A stretch of DNA of 64,000 bases. Source: a virus. Both the position numbers and the translations under genes were made by a program. Location of the stretch: IMG/VR virus record IMGVR_UViG_3300035670_011224, positions 88,430-152,429 of that record; one strand, given 5' to 3'. The notes beneath the pieces are model-generated. The model saw only the letters and a list, made by a program, of their open reading frames with translations. It did not search any database and had not been told where the DNA came from. Of this stretch, positions 38,917 to 48,514 are shown piece after piece (position 1 is the first letter of the stretch; every line of letters begins with the position of its first letter).

Positions 38917-39819
38917 TCATGTTTTTATATAGTTTCCTATCACTCTACCCTTTTGGGTTCGTGATATAAACTTTTTTCTAACCAAATATGGCTCTATGCT
39001 ATTTTCAATAGTTTCTACAGCAATACCAGTAAGAGAAGATATTGCTTTTAAGCCTAATGGATTACCTTTATTGCTTAGTAGTAGATTCAAATACATTCTA
39101 TCATAAGCATCCAATCCGTCTTTATCAATACCTTGAATACTAAAAATCTCATCTATAGATTCTGTAGAATTTGGATGACAGGTCTTGTAATTTTTATACC
39201 ATTGTAATCTAGAGTTTAGAATTCTAGGAGTTCCTTTGCTTCTTTTAGCAATCTCAACAAGATCAGTCTCATCAATAGAAATAGAGAGTTTATCACAGTT
39301 CGATCTTGCTAGTTTAGCTAAATCAGTATCGTTATAAAAACTAAGATGTTCTTTGATGCTGAATCTATCATAAAATGGTTGACTTAAACTACCGCCGCTA
39401 GTTGTTGCTCCTACCAAAGTAAAAGCTGGAAGATCAATAGTTTCTGGTTTTTTCTCTAGAGTAATAGTTAATACAAAGTCTTCCATAACAGGATACAAAA
39501 ATTCTTCGACCAGTTTAGGTAATCTATGAATTTCATCAATAAATAGAACTGATCGTGGTGCAATTCCCATAAGATACGGAATAATATTTTTAACACTTCT
39601 GAGATTTGCCGCGTTGGTTGTATACAGATTCACGTTCAATTCGTTGGCGATAGCACTCGCTATGGTAGTTTTGCCAAGGCCCGGTGGCCCATCTATTAAA
39701 GTATGTGGCATCACGGTTGATGTTTTTAAACAGCCCGTCACGCTGACTTTTAGCCTGTTAATCACATCATCTTGCCCAAGAATTTCGCTAAATTTAGTTG
39801 GCCTTATACCTTTAGACAT
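38917..39819 (-). CDS. ruvB: Holliday junction branch-migration ATPase RuvB
   Basis: RP..F.E..GQ, GPPGLGKTT, FIDEIHRL, LYPVMED, GATT, GTPR, IEPYL, RTQKGR. Confidence 0.96.
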   Translation of the reverse strand: MSKGIRPTKFSEILGQDDVINRLKVSVTGCLKTSTVMPHTLIDGPPGLGKTTIASAIANELNVNLYTTNAANLRSVKNIIPYLMGIAPRSVLFIDEIHRLPKLVEEFLYPVMEDFVLTITLEKKPETIDLPAFTLVGATTSGGSLSQPFYDRFSIKEHLSFYNDTDLAKLARSNCDKLSISIDETDLVEIAKRSKGTPRILNSRLQWYKNYKTCHPNSTESIDEIFSIQGIDKDGLDAYDRMYLNLLLSNKGNPLGLKAISSLTGIAVETIENSIEPYLVRKKFISRTQKGRVIGNYIKT

Positions 39820-40234
39820 TTTTTATCTCCAATGATTTTAATGATAACTCAATAAGTTGTACGGCATTATCGGTTTGATTAATTAGATACGTTTTAGTTA
39901 GTATGTCTTTAGCCTCTTGGTCTTCAAAGCCATACTGAACCAGTATTTTAACACATTTGTTTAACAAGTCAACCGGAATTCTTAATTCAGATTTATTGTG
40001 TTCTATTGCATCCTCGTTTGCGTTGGGTTTTTGCTTTACTTTAGATTGATTGCTATATTTGATTTTTATGTTGTCTATTGTTTTTGGCCTAAACACTGTT
40101 CCACAATCACAAACAATCTTGAAATTTTTGGTCTTGACTTCTCGTAAAAATAACCAATGATTAGCACCACAATTTTCAGACGGACATCTATATAGAAAAG
40201 AAGCATCAACCTCAATCGGTTTCAGGTGTTTCAT
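39812..40234 (-). CDS. Zinc-ribbon protein with a RuvA domain III-like C-terminus
   Basis: N-terminal CPSENC...CDC; C-terminal ILVQYGFEDQEAKDIL...QLIELSLKSL resembles RuvA-III ALxxLGyxxxeA...lIrxaLk; stop overlaps the ruvB start. Confidence 0.65.
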   Translation of the reverse strand: MKHLKPIEVDASFLYRCPSENCGANHWLFLREVKTKNFKIVCDCGTVFRPKTIDNIKIKYSNQSKVKQKPNANEDAIEHNKSELRIPVDLLNKCVKILVQYGFEDQEAKDILTKTYLINQTDNAVQLIELSLKSLEIKNV

Positions 40235-40628
40235 CGTCTTTTATCCAGAAAACAAAATCATTGATTTGTTCATCATAAGCGGACTCTATCATACCCTTGC
40301 TTGCTAATGATGATAGCATATTACTAACTAGTCGTCCATTCATTTCTTCTATAATTTGTGAAAATATTTTCTCATCAATTAAGTATCTTGACTCATTTGT
40401 GATTTTATGTTTTTGTTCTTTAGCCAGACTCTTAACTATCACCAGAGATTCTTGCTGAGTTAAAATTTGATCCATCTCCTCCAAATCATCTTGACTAATT
40501 TCTGTAATAAGTTTTGTAAACTCGTCAGGATCATCTCCTATGCTTTTATCGAAACCATTGAATACAAGTTTTCTGGCCGACCTTGTAAACTCTTCTAAAT
40601 CATCTATAATATAGTTTTGTTTACCCAT
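40212..40628 (-). CDS. Hypothetical protein
   Basis: 138 aa; GGAGA SD. Confidence 0.7.
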   Translation of the reverse strand: MGKQNYIIDDLEEFTRSARKLVFNGFDKSIGDDPDEFTKLITEISQDDLEEMDQILTQQESLVIVKSLAKEQKHKITNESRYLIDEKIFSQIIEEMNGRLVSNMLSSLASKGMIESAYDEQINDFVFWIKDDETPETD

Positions 40629-40642
40629 ATATTTCTCCGTAT

Positions 40643-41038
40643 TTAATTTAGGATATCAAATAATCCTTTGTAGTAATGTGGTTGTAATACAAAATGAACA
40701 GCATGACTTTGAATGTGGTTTAAGTACTCTCTGGCTAATCCAGCGTTAGCAAAGTACTCTTTTTTCCATATGGGTTGTTTCTGATAGTTAATCCCCAAAT
40801 ACTGGAAGTTTTTAGACTTCTCAGTATTGGAGAAATAACTATTCACAGGAAACGACTTTTTGGGAAAATTAACATACCACACATTTGATGATCCTTCGAC
40901 TATATCATTTAGAGCATCATATAGCATTTTACCCCAAGCGTCCCAAGCGGCGGGATCAAACTTGAAATAGTGCTTATATTTATCTTGAGCATCATCATAA
41001 TCATACTCATCGTTGTAGTTGTCATCGTCTTGGTGCAT
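40643..41038 (-). CDS. Hypothetical protein
   Basis: 131 aa with an acidic N-terminus. Confidence 0.65.
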   Translation of the reverse strand: MHQDDDNYNDEYDYDDAQDKYKHYFKFDPAAWDAWGKMLYDALNDIVEGSSNVWYVNFPKKSFPVNSYFSNTEKSKNFQYLGINYQKQPIWKKEYFANAGLAREYLNHIQSHAVHFVLQPHYYKGLFDILN

Positions 41039-41043
41039 AGTAT

Positions 41044-41301
41044 TTATCTATCACTATATCTGTGTTGATAGGCTACGTTTTTACGATTTCGTCCTCTACG
41101 ACCCTTAAAACCTAATCTTCTTATGATATTATTAATTGTTTGCCAACTAAGATAATACTTATTGCCATAAAAAGTATTCTTTTGAAAATAATAGTAAAGA
41201 TCTCTTGCTGATCCCGACTCATTCATTAGTTCAATAAATTTCTTTTTAGCTTCTTCATCAGTCAATAAAAGCTGTAAAAGAGGATTAATATGTCTACCCA
41301 T
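41044..41301 (-). CDS. Small basic, possibly HTH, protein
   Basis: 85 aa; LSWQTINNIIRRLGF; AAGGAGA SD. Confidence 0.6.
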   Translation of the reverse strand: MGRHINPLLQLLLTDEEAKKKFIELMNESGSARDLYYYFQKNTFYGNKYYLSWQTINNIIRRLGFKGRRGRNRKNVAYQHRYSDR

Positions 41302-41322
41302 TTGTTTTCTCCTTATATGGTT

Positions 41323-41359
41323 GTGTCAAAGGGTATAGAGTCTCCTATACCCCTGACAC
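41323..41359. other. Intergenic hairpin without a U-tract
   Basis: GTGTCA-aa-GGGTATAG-agtctc-CTATACCC-c-TGACAC. Confidence 0.65.
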
Positions 41360-41366
41360 GGAACCC

Positions 41367-42509
41367 TCATCCAATACAAAACTTGTCACTAAGTTGATTA
41401 GCCAAATCTTTTGCAGCACTACTAAGGAAACGATTATTACTAAAGTAGAGAGGCGTTGAGACTTGATTAAGGAACTCTACAACGGTCTTTAAAAGTTTGG
41501 TCTGCTGACCATCAAGGTTTATATCCTCGTCAGGCAGAACGTCCTTTGACTCCGTAGACCCATTCTCATCGTCCATCAGAGTATCGTCATCATTCGGATG
41601 GACCGGCACTGGATCGCCATAAGTCTTATACATTTTAGTTTTCTGGAAATAAACAGCCTTCTGATTATTAAGATCCTCTGTGCTGTTTGTATAAGTCATC
41701 TGGTTGAGAATATCAGCAGCAACATTAACTGATACTGGAACACCAGTAATATCAGACTGCTTATAAGCCTTAGCATAACCCTTATACCATTCGTCGCTAC
41801 ATTTCTCAGGAATTATCTGTAGAGTAGCGGGTTGACCAGTAAGAGCAGACTTTAGATCGGCAACATTAATTGGTTGACCAGTACTACCATAAAGAATACT
41901 GGTAAAATAAGGAGCCTTCTTTTCCCATTCCTTACGCCACCAAGTATATGGTACACGATAAATCTGATTGGGCTTAATCGCCCTTGGATCGCCATCAAAA
42001 TAGTTTACCAACTTCTTTTGAAGGCCATTCCAGAAAGTTTTGTTGCTTCCAACAATTTTACGACTAGCATCATCAAAAATCCAGTAACACTGATAGCCAT
42101 TACGAGTATCAACTACCCAACTAGGCTTAACTGGAAAATCATTGATCTTTTTGAGGAATTGCTTTTTCTTAGTCATAACAACGCTGGGCTTAAAATACTT
42201 TCCGTCGCTATCACGACCAGCGTCCATATCACAAAAACAGCAAGTAAATTGGTTGATAGCATATAGTTTACGTCCACCATTTACATAAAAATAAACATCT
42301 GAGTGGTTTGAGATATTAGCCTGTAGAGCATATTCAAGATTACTAGTATGATTCATACTGCTAATCTTCTTACGAGGATTGCCATTATAAACAAAGATGT
42401 TGTTCTGTCTAAAAGAACTCAAAAACCTATGCTGTTCTGCTGCGTATCCATTAGCATGAGGATTATTATTCTTATCGAAAGGATTAAACCCAATATTATC
42501 GCTAAACAT
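41367..42509 (-). CDS. RepB'/AEP-type primase-like protein
   Basis: VYFYVN, FCDMD, PSWVVDTRNGYQCYW, GDP, YRVP; start likely ATG 42509. Confidence 0.7.
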   Translation of the reverse strand: MFSDNIGFNPFDKNNNPHANGYAAEQHRFLSSFRQNNIFVYNGNPRKKISSMNHTSNLEYALQANISNHSDVYFYVNGGRKLYAINQFTCCFCDMDAGRDSDGKYFKPSVVMTKKKQFLKKINDFPVKPSWVVDTRNGYQCYWIFDDASRKIVGSNKTFWNGLQKKLVNYFDGDPRAIKPNQIYRVPYTWWRKEWEKKAPYFTSILYGSTGQPINVADLKSALTGQPATLQIIPEKCSDEWYKGYAKAYKQSDITGVPVSVNVAADILNQMTYTNSTEDLNNQKAVYFQKTKMYKTYGDPVPVHPNDDDTLMDDENGSTESKDVLPDEDINLDGQQTKLLKTVVEFLNQVSTPLYFSNNRFLSSAAKDLANQLSDKFCIG

Positions 42510-42573
42510 TTTAGTATTCCTTATTTCCTTAAAATTTGTTGGGAAAGGCACCACACCTATCATAGTCAACAAA

Positions 42574-42625
42574 AGAGTGTTGGCGGGATCGAACCGCCAT
42601 AGCCCATATTTCTATTGCTCACTCC
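42574..42625 (-). ncRNA. Minimal tRNA-like element (acceptor-like stem + T arm, no D arm)
   Basis: GGAGTG AGCAATA-GAAA-TATGGGCT AT GGCGG-TTCGATC-CCGCC AA CACTCT. Confidence 0.5.
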
Positions 42626-42632
42626 GTTTTTA

Positions 42633-43496
42633 TCAAACATAATCCTGATCAGGATCATAGTCTTCATCTTCATCTTCATCTTCATCTTCGTACTGATTCC
42701 AGTAATCATCATCATACTCATCGTATAACTGCTCTTCATCGTCATCATAAGAGTCTTCGCTAAACTCAGCCTTGTAAAGAGGCTTTAGGAGTTCACCTTG
42801 ATATTCACCAACAACTTCATATCGACAAGTACGAAGTTTTTCATGATTACAATCACTAGGAACACTGACTACATCCTTGGGATTGATCTTAACGATCATA
42901 ATATGATCGCCACTATCAGCACTACCATAATTAGCCACATAGTTCAAAGCACCAGCATGAAGTCCCTGAGAGCAACCAACACTACGATTATCGTCAACCT
43001 TAGCCCTATTCATTTGGCAAACTTTGCCAACATGGTTGTCAAATGTACCAGCATACTTATCCATATAATCGCTACGAACAGCCTTATATGCTAGAAAATG
43101 ACCATCCTCAGTTATTGGCAGATGTTCATGCTCCAAGAAATCATACAGTTCCTTTTGGCTCTGCATACTAGGATTTTCCATAAGATTATTCAAGAAGTTT
43201 ACAAGAGGCTGAAACGGTAATCCCTTACTCATAAACTCTAGAATACGCTTACTAATGCTACCATGAACTTCTTCGCCATCAAAAAGCACCTTGCCGTTCT
43301 TGACTTCAACCAGACCATCACTAAATGATGATACTGCCTTTTCAATATCCACCAGATCTAGCAACTCATCATTTGTTGCTGTTGGTAGAGCCTCAAGAAT
43401 CAACTTGTAATTAATATGATCTGGAATAACTTGATAAGCCTTATTATTCAAGATCAGTGTCAAATTACCATCAACCCACATAAACGGAACGCTCAT
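42633..43496 (-). CDS. rIIB: rIIB-like protein
   Basis: FLNNLMENPS, ELYDFL, PITEDGHFLAYKAV, CSQGLHAG, INPKDVVSVP, KLRTCRYEV. Confidence 0.9.
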   Translation of the reverse strand: MSVPFMWVDGNLTLILNNKAYQVIPDHINYKLILEALPTATNDELLDLVDIEKAVSSFSDGLVEVKNGKVLFDGEEVHGSISKRILEFMSKGLPFQPLVNFLNNLMENPSMQSQKELYDFLEHEHLPITEDGHFLAYKAVRSDYMDKYAGTFDNHVGKVCQMNRAKVDDNRSVGCSQGLHAGALNYVANYGSADSGDHIMIVKINPKDVVSVPSDCNHEKLRTCRYEVVGEYQGELLKPLYKAEFSEDSYDDDEEQLYDEYDDDYWNQYEDEDEDEDEDYDPDQDYV

Positions 43497-43524
43497 TTTA
43501 ATTTCTCCTCTTTTCCTGTGAAAT

Positions 43525-46179
43525 TTATTTGATCAAAACACCTAGACTATTTCGTAACTGTTCAATACCGTTGTCATCAATAGTTATAAACCATGCTGGC
43601 GGACTATAGTAACGATTATGATGTACTCTAAGTGGATTAGAGGAACCAATTCCGTTTAATCCCGCATCAGCACCGTTTGATTCCAACGTACTGCTCACAA
43701 TATACTTGAGCATCGGCACCTTGTCAACCTCCGCTTTAAACTTTTTTCTAAGATCACTACTTTTCGTTATCGACTCACAAAAATCTTTGGATTCTTGAGA
43801 AATTGATACTATCTTAGATGTATAATCTTCGCTATACATAGTATTGATCTCGCTCTTTAAGATATTAAACTCTTGAGTTTGTTTACGAATCTTCTCAGGA
43901 TCAATACCATTCATATTATGCTTTGCTAATATTTTTGCCATAGCAGCAAAGTATTCTGACTTCTTACAAAACTTCATATCAAAACTATTATGGATAACAT
44001 GAGCAAAAAAGTAATGAATCATCCATTGATCGACCAGATTACAAAGTTCCGATCCGTCAATATACTTATGATAATCAATACCAAAAATGTTTAGAATAGC
44101 AACCGCTACTTGTCTATCTGTACGAATTCTGTAATAACCATAAGTATCATTCTTCTCGTCTGTATTATACTGTTCAGTACAGTAGTCTACAATATTCTTA
44201 TATGAACCAACTTCTCCGCAGAGTTTACTCATCATACTCTTTAATTTAGGCTTGATCCAAGCATTGAAATCAATAAGATTCAAATCTTTGATCTTACTAA
44301 CAGCACTCTGCTTGATAGCAAGAATATTCTTGTCTTTCAATAGATTGTGAAGAGTATGATTTTTATCTTTAATGATTTTGTTAAGATAAGCGATAGATGG
44401 AAATCCTTCCACCGAAGCATATCTAATAATAGGAATATAAATTGTTTCGTCTTGATCCTCAATAGTTTCGTAGGTATCTTCGTCTACTTCTCTAAGAAGA
44501 TCAGAATCATTTATTCCATTACCAGATAGCACTAGTTTATCGTTAGCGTCTGGACAATCACGAATAATAAAAACCTCACCAGCACTAATCTTACCAAAAG
44601 AAACACTGCTCTTGCGTGGTCCCTTGCTAAGTAGACTACGATAATCAGAAACATTAACTATATTGGTTTCTCCACCAATATCACTAATGATATCATCAAA
44701 ACCCTCTGTAGAATCTTCTGGATGATCACTATCCACCATAAGATAAGCAAAGCAATCATTCTGATTACAATATTTTGTCACAATCTTTTTGGCGGTTTCA
44801 GCACCCTTAATATCGCAGCGGAAAAAGATCATTTTACCACTCTTTTTAGTTCCGCTCCAATAGTATTGAGGAACTCCCTTGAGTGTTTCGTTATGAATTT
44901 TATCTGTTAGATAAACCATACGACGAGAGCGATATCCGGCTGTTCTAAAATTAAAAACATATAACTGCTTATTTTTCTTGAACTTGTATTCAAGATCTTT
45001 GCCACTAGTTAATTCGTGGGTCTTTCCAGACTGATCAGTCCATGATGCACCAGCGGTCCACCCACCGGCAAGATCGCTCAGATTATAATAAGTCTGATAA
45101 GCATCTACCAGATTAGTACACTGAGTAATCTTTTGAGTCATATCTTCTTTGAGTTGAAGATAAATATCTTGAGTTCTTTCACGCAAAACTTTAAGAACAT
45201 TCTTTGTATACTGTAAGCCTTCACGACTCACATCCATTTCCAATTCACCAATATCAAAATTGATTTCAAGATACAAGCCGGACCCTAGAACCTCCTTGAC
45301 TAGATTCTTCCAGTTATCCACATCCACCTTTTTAAAGGTACGATTCCATCTCTGGATAGCGTCATTGGAAGCATCTTTTTCTGCTTCTCCAATAATCTTT
45401 GAACTATCAACAGGATAAGCAATATTACCCATGATAGCAATAATACCACTATCAGCATTGTTGTATGCTGAAGGATATTGATCATTATTATTTGCTAGTC
45501 TACCAATCCTCCAGCCCTTACCATCAATAACAAAATTGGTATAAGAGTACGAATGATCGGACAGATTCTCCCCAAAACCACCCTCAATAATGGGCTTCAT
45601 CTTGAAGTAATGGAAAATTCTTTTTGCTTTGGTAGTAAACTCGCCAAAATCACACTGTTTAACAGCAAAACTAATTTCAAGACCATTGGCTTCCTTAGTT
45701 GGACTAATATCGAAAAGATTAAGACTAGGAACTCCGTTCTCGTCCATAGCCGCAATATAAGAATACTTAGTTCCGTTGTAATAAGATACTGTGCTAAAAC
45801 TCTTGGTATAAGCAAACGGACTCTTACTGCCTAATCCAAGACAACCAACAAAATCATTACTATCGTTCTTGTTGCTTGCACCATAAGTGGTATACAGTTC
45901 CTCCATATCTTGCTGACTAAGACCCGTACCATAATCACGCACAGTAAAAGATGGAACCGCTTGTGTTGGCAGAATAACTTTAAAAGGATTCTTGTTGCCA
46001 GCAGCAACGTGAGCATCATAAGCATTTGTGCTTAGTTCACGAATAACCGCCATAACCTTATCGGAATATAGAGAGTCCGACAGGATTTTAAACATTTTGC
46101 TCGTTTGAGCAATAGTAAATTGATTACTGCTTTCCAAACCCCTACTATGAATTTCAACCGTTCGATCTGCAAGTTTCAT
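43525..46179 (-). CDS. rIIA: rIIA-like protein (GHKL/HSP90-type ATPase)
   Basis: ILSDSLYSDKVMAVIRELSTNAYDAH, VRDYGTGLS, YGASNK, GCLGLGSKSPFAY, SREGLQY. Confidence 0.92.
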   Translation of the reverse strand: MKLADRTVEIHSRGLESSNQFTIAQTSKMFKILSDSLYSDKVMAVIRELSTNAYDAHVAAGNKNPFKVILPTQAVPSFTVRDYGTGLSQQDMEELYTTYGASNKNDSNDFVGCLGLGSKSPFAYTKSFSTVSYYNGTKYSYIAAMDENGVPSLNLFDISPTKEANGLEISFAVKQCDFGEFTTKAKRIFHYFKMKPIIEGGFGENLSDHSYSYTNFVIDGKGWRIGRLANNNDQYPSAYNNADSGIIAIMGNIAYPVDSSKIIGEAEKDASNDAIQRWNRTFKKVDVDNWKNLVKEVLGSGLYLEINFDIGELEMDVSREGLQYTKNVLKVLRERTQDIYLQLKEDMTQKITQCTNLVDAYQTYYNLSDLAGGWTAGASWTDQSGKTHELTSGKDLEYKFKKNKQLYVFNFRTAGYRSRRMVYLTDKIHNETLKGVPQYYWSGTKKSGKMIFFRCDIKGAETAKKIVTKYCNQNDCFAYLMVDSDHPEDSTEGFDDIISDIGGETNIVNVSDYRSLLSKGPRKSSVSFGKISAGEVFIIRDCPDANDKLVLSGNGINDSDLLREVDEDTYETIEDQDETIYIPIIRYASVEGFPSIAYLNKIIKDKNHTLHNLLKDKNILAIKQSAVSKIKDLNLIDFNAWIKPKLKSMMSKLCGEVGSYKNIVDYCTEQYNTDEKNDTYGYYRIRTDRQVAVAILNIFGIDYHKYIDGSELCNLVDQWMIHYFFAHVIHNSFDMKFCKKSEYFAAMAKILAKHNMNGIDPEKIRKQTQEFNILKSEINTMYSEDYTSKIVSISQESKDFCESITKSSDLRKKFKAEVDKVPMLKYIVSSTLESNGADAGLNGIGSSNPLRVHHNRYYSPPAWFITIDDNGIEQLRNSLGVLIK

Positions 46180-46214
46180 CGTTTAAGTCTCCAAGTTTCC
46201 TGTGTGATACGCCA

Positions 46215-46243
46215 AGTATATCATCGACAATCGTCGTTGTCAA
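46215..46243 (-). promoter_or_regulatory. Consensus sigma-70 (early) promoter of rIIA
   Basis: TTGACA-ACGACGATTGTCGATGA(17)-TATACT. Confidence 0.85.
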
Positions 46244-46250
46244 GCGTTAA

Positions 46251-46556
46251 TCAAAAAGTTTCGTCATTGTCGTTATTTTCTTCTCCATAAGACTCATAAT
46301 CCTCTGAGATGTAATTATTTTCGTCATATGGCATCCACTCATCAGTATCATCATATTCTATTTCTTCATCGTCTGGTTCATCCAAAATAATTTCAAATTC
46401 TTTTACCTTTTCTGCTATCTCATCCAATCTTCTATTAATAAATTTAACAATCTTTTTTAGTTCCGATAAGTCTCTGCTATTAGCTTCCTCTATTTTTAGA
46501 ATTTCTTTATCTAGTTGTAGGATTTCTTTTAGCATTCTTTCTATATCTTTTGACAT
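46251..46556 (-). CDS. Coiled-coil/acidic hypothetical protein
   Basis: 101 aa. Confidence 0.65.
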   Translation of the reverse strand: MSKDIERMLKEILQLDKEILKIEEANSRDLSELKKIVKFINRRLDEIAEKVKEFEIILDEPDDEEIEYDDTDEWMPYDENNYISEDYESYGEENNDNDETF

Positions 46557-46586
46557 AATCTTTTCCTATTAGATAGTTATAATATC

Positions 46587-46595
46587 TAATACACC
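46587..46595 (-). promoter_or_regulatory. GGTGTAW motif
   Basis: GGTGTATTA 33 nt upstream of ATG 46556. Confidence 0.5.
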
Positions 46596-46605
46596 ATTCT
46601 GATTG

Positions 46606-46935
46606 TCAAAAATACCTTTTGTTAATGTTAGAATATTCTTTTATGTCGCCATATTCCCTAATTTTTGTATCCTCGTAAGGAGAGGCTATTCTTCTGTAGA
46701 ATTCTTGCTTTATATTCTCTAGAACACCAGTGATCATTGCTATTTTTGCATATGATTCTCTGCCCATCAAAGATGCAATGATTCTGGAAAATGAATAATT
46801 AATATCTCCAAGTATAGATGAAAAATCTTCGTTAGTCATATTTCCATTTGTAGATTTTGGGATACCCAAACAAGTAATCATTTTATCTATACAAATATCT
46901 AACTCTTTTCTAATATCTTCTTTAATGTATGGCAT
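46606..46935 (-). CDS. DUF6899-like phage protein
   Basis: MPYIK...R, GDINY, GVLENIKQEFYRR...PYED.K...GD. Confidence 0.7.
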   Translation of the reverse strand: MPYIKEDIRKELDICIDKMITCLGIPKSTNGNMTNEDFSSILGDINYSFSRIIASLMGRESYAKIAMITGVLENIKQEFYRRIASPYEDTKIREYGDIKEYSNINKRYF

Positions 46936-47455
46936 CTGGTTCCTCACATTTACAAAAATACTCGTAACAATAATAACACTGTGGACCCGGTTTTCCTAAT
47001 CCCCAAGCATCACTAGAAGGATCAAAACTTTCTAGTCCAGTATCAATACAAACTAATTTATCATCAATTAATCCAATATTATATTGATGACAATCCCAAA
47101 AGTCTAAATTAGTATGATACTTAATATCCTCAACTAAATCTTGTATCTTTTCTAATAGATGTGTATATTTTTTACTCCATCTTGTGATTGGTTCTGTGGC
47201 AAAATACCCAGCCATCTCTGTTACAAAACCATATGAACTATATAAGGATATGTCTTTAATTGGTAATTTAATCACATCGGTATATGCTATTGGAGATAAT
47301 CCATGCTTACTAAGTAGTTGTTGAAAAAATAATGCGGCCTTAGCATCTTTTTCGGATTTAAATTCTTTGAATCCTTTATTGGTTTCGTCAACCAAAGGAT
47401 AAAAGTTGCAATATCCTCCCTCATCAAACCATTCAATATCAATCGTGTAATTCAT
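46922..47455 (-). CDS. Protein-kinase-like fold protein with a C-terminal Cys cluster
   Basis: EGGYC (Gly loop), K, VTE, DCHQYNIG (DxHxxN), CIDTG (DxG); CYYCYEYFCKC tail. Confidence 0.7.
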   Translation of the reverse strand: MNYTIDIEWFDEGGYCNFYPLVDETNKGFKEFKSEKDAKAALFFQQLLSKHGLSPIAYTDVIKLPIKDISLYSSYGFVTEMAGYFATEPITRWSKKYTHLLEKIQDLVEDIKYHTNLDFWDCHQYNIGLIDDKLVCIDTGLESFDPSSDAWGLGKPGPQCYYCYEYFCKCEEPDAIH

Positions 47456-47456
47456 T

Positions 47457-47774
47457 TTAGTAAGAAATTACTATGGGATATTCTCCAGTAATATTATACA
47501 AAAAATCTTTTGCCTTTTTAAGATCAAAAAACTCCGCAATAAATACTAGAGAAGGACTAGGATTATTTTCTCTTTTTTCGCCATATATTCTATAAAACGG
47601 ATCATCAATAGCCTTATACGAATTATCCACAAAATCATTAATATTTTTTATTTCATCAATATATGTGCCACCATCATAATCATTATATTCTCGCACTGTC
47701 ATTAAAATAAAATGACTAATTGGAGATTTTGGATTATGGTTAGGAACTCTTGCATTGCATAATGTCTGAGTCAT
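47457..47774 (-). CDS. Hypothetical protein
   Basis: 105 aa; ATGA coupling. Confidence 0.65.
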   Translation of the reverse strand: MTQTLCNARVPNHNPKSPISHFILMTVREYNDYDGGTYIDEIKNINDFVDNSYKAIDDPFYRIYGEKRENNPSPSLVFIAEFFDLKKAKDFLYNITGEYPIVISY

Positions 47775-48481
47775 TTCTCATTATTTCTATTAAAGAATAG
47801 TTCATGATAATTTTTGGCTAAGTTATGATTTATAAAAACAACATCTGCGCGAGATATAAATGCAGCACCATCAGATGCTTGGTTAATAAAACGAAAATGT
47901 TTGTATCCCTTGGGGATAAGAATTTTCTCAAATAACTCCATTGGTTTTTGAATTCCGATACGATCACCAATACAGACCTCAACCTGTATAAAGTCTATTT
48001 TAGAAGACGATATCATCTCAGAGAATCCATGTAATACCCGGATATCTTCTCCTTCGCAATCAATTTTTAAATAATTGATTCTTTCTATTTTATTTTGTAT
48101 ACAAAAATCATCTCCAGTAATTATTGGCACAATAATACTTTGATCTATTGGCGTGTTTATTATTCTATTAATTGTCACATCGGGTTGGTTTGTTATTATA
48201 GCACTTCCACTATAATCGGAGATAGCAGTTTGATGCACAAACACCCTCGAGTCTATATCTAGATCTGGAAAACCAGATAGATTTTTTTTTAATGCATTTG
48301 CTATACTAGGCACTGGTTCTAAACAATATGATTTTACTGAAGAATAAACTCGAAGAAACTGATATGTAAACCACCCAGCATTCGCACCACAATCAACCAA
48401 TACATCCATTTGATATGCTGGCATACGTTCGTGTATATACTCAGCAATATTATCTTCCAGATCGCTTTTATGAAGTTGCAT
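47771..48481 (-). CDS. FkbM-family methyltransferase
   Basis: VDCGANAG, LEP, AISD, LKIDCEG, IQVE. Confidence 0.9.
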   Translation of the reverse strand: MQLHKSDLEDNIAEYIHERMPAYQMDVLVDCGANAGWFTYQFLRVYSSVKSYCLEPVPSIANALKKNLSGFPDLDIDSRVFVHQTAISDYSGSAIITNQPDVTINRIINTPIDQSIIVPIITGDDFCIQNKIERINYLKIDCEGEDIRVLHGFSEMISSSKIDFIQVEVCIGDRIGIQKPMELFEKILIPKGYKHFRFINQASDGAAFISRADVVFINHNLAKNYHELFFNRNNEK

Positions 48482-48514
48482 AGTTTATATAGTTTTATTT
48501 TATTACAAGTTAGA

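Noticed and set aside
42566-42748. 60-aa ORF, or a canonical tRNA call, over the tRNA-like element
   Set aside because: The ORF is an off-frame read of the acidic rIIB tail; the RNA lacks a D arm and a 7-nt anticodon loop, so it is not called a functional tRNA.
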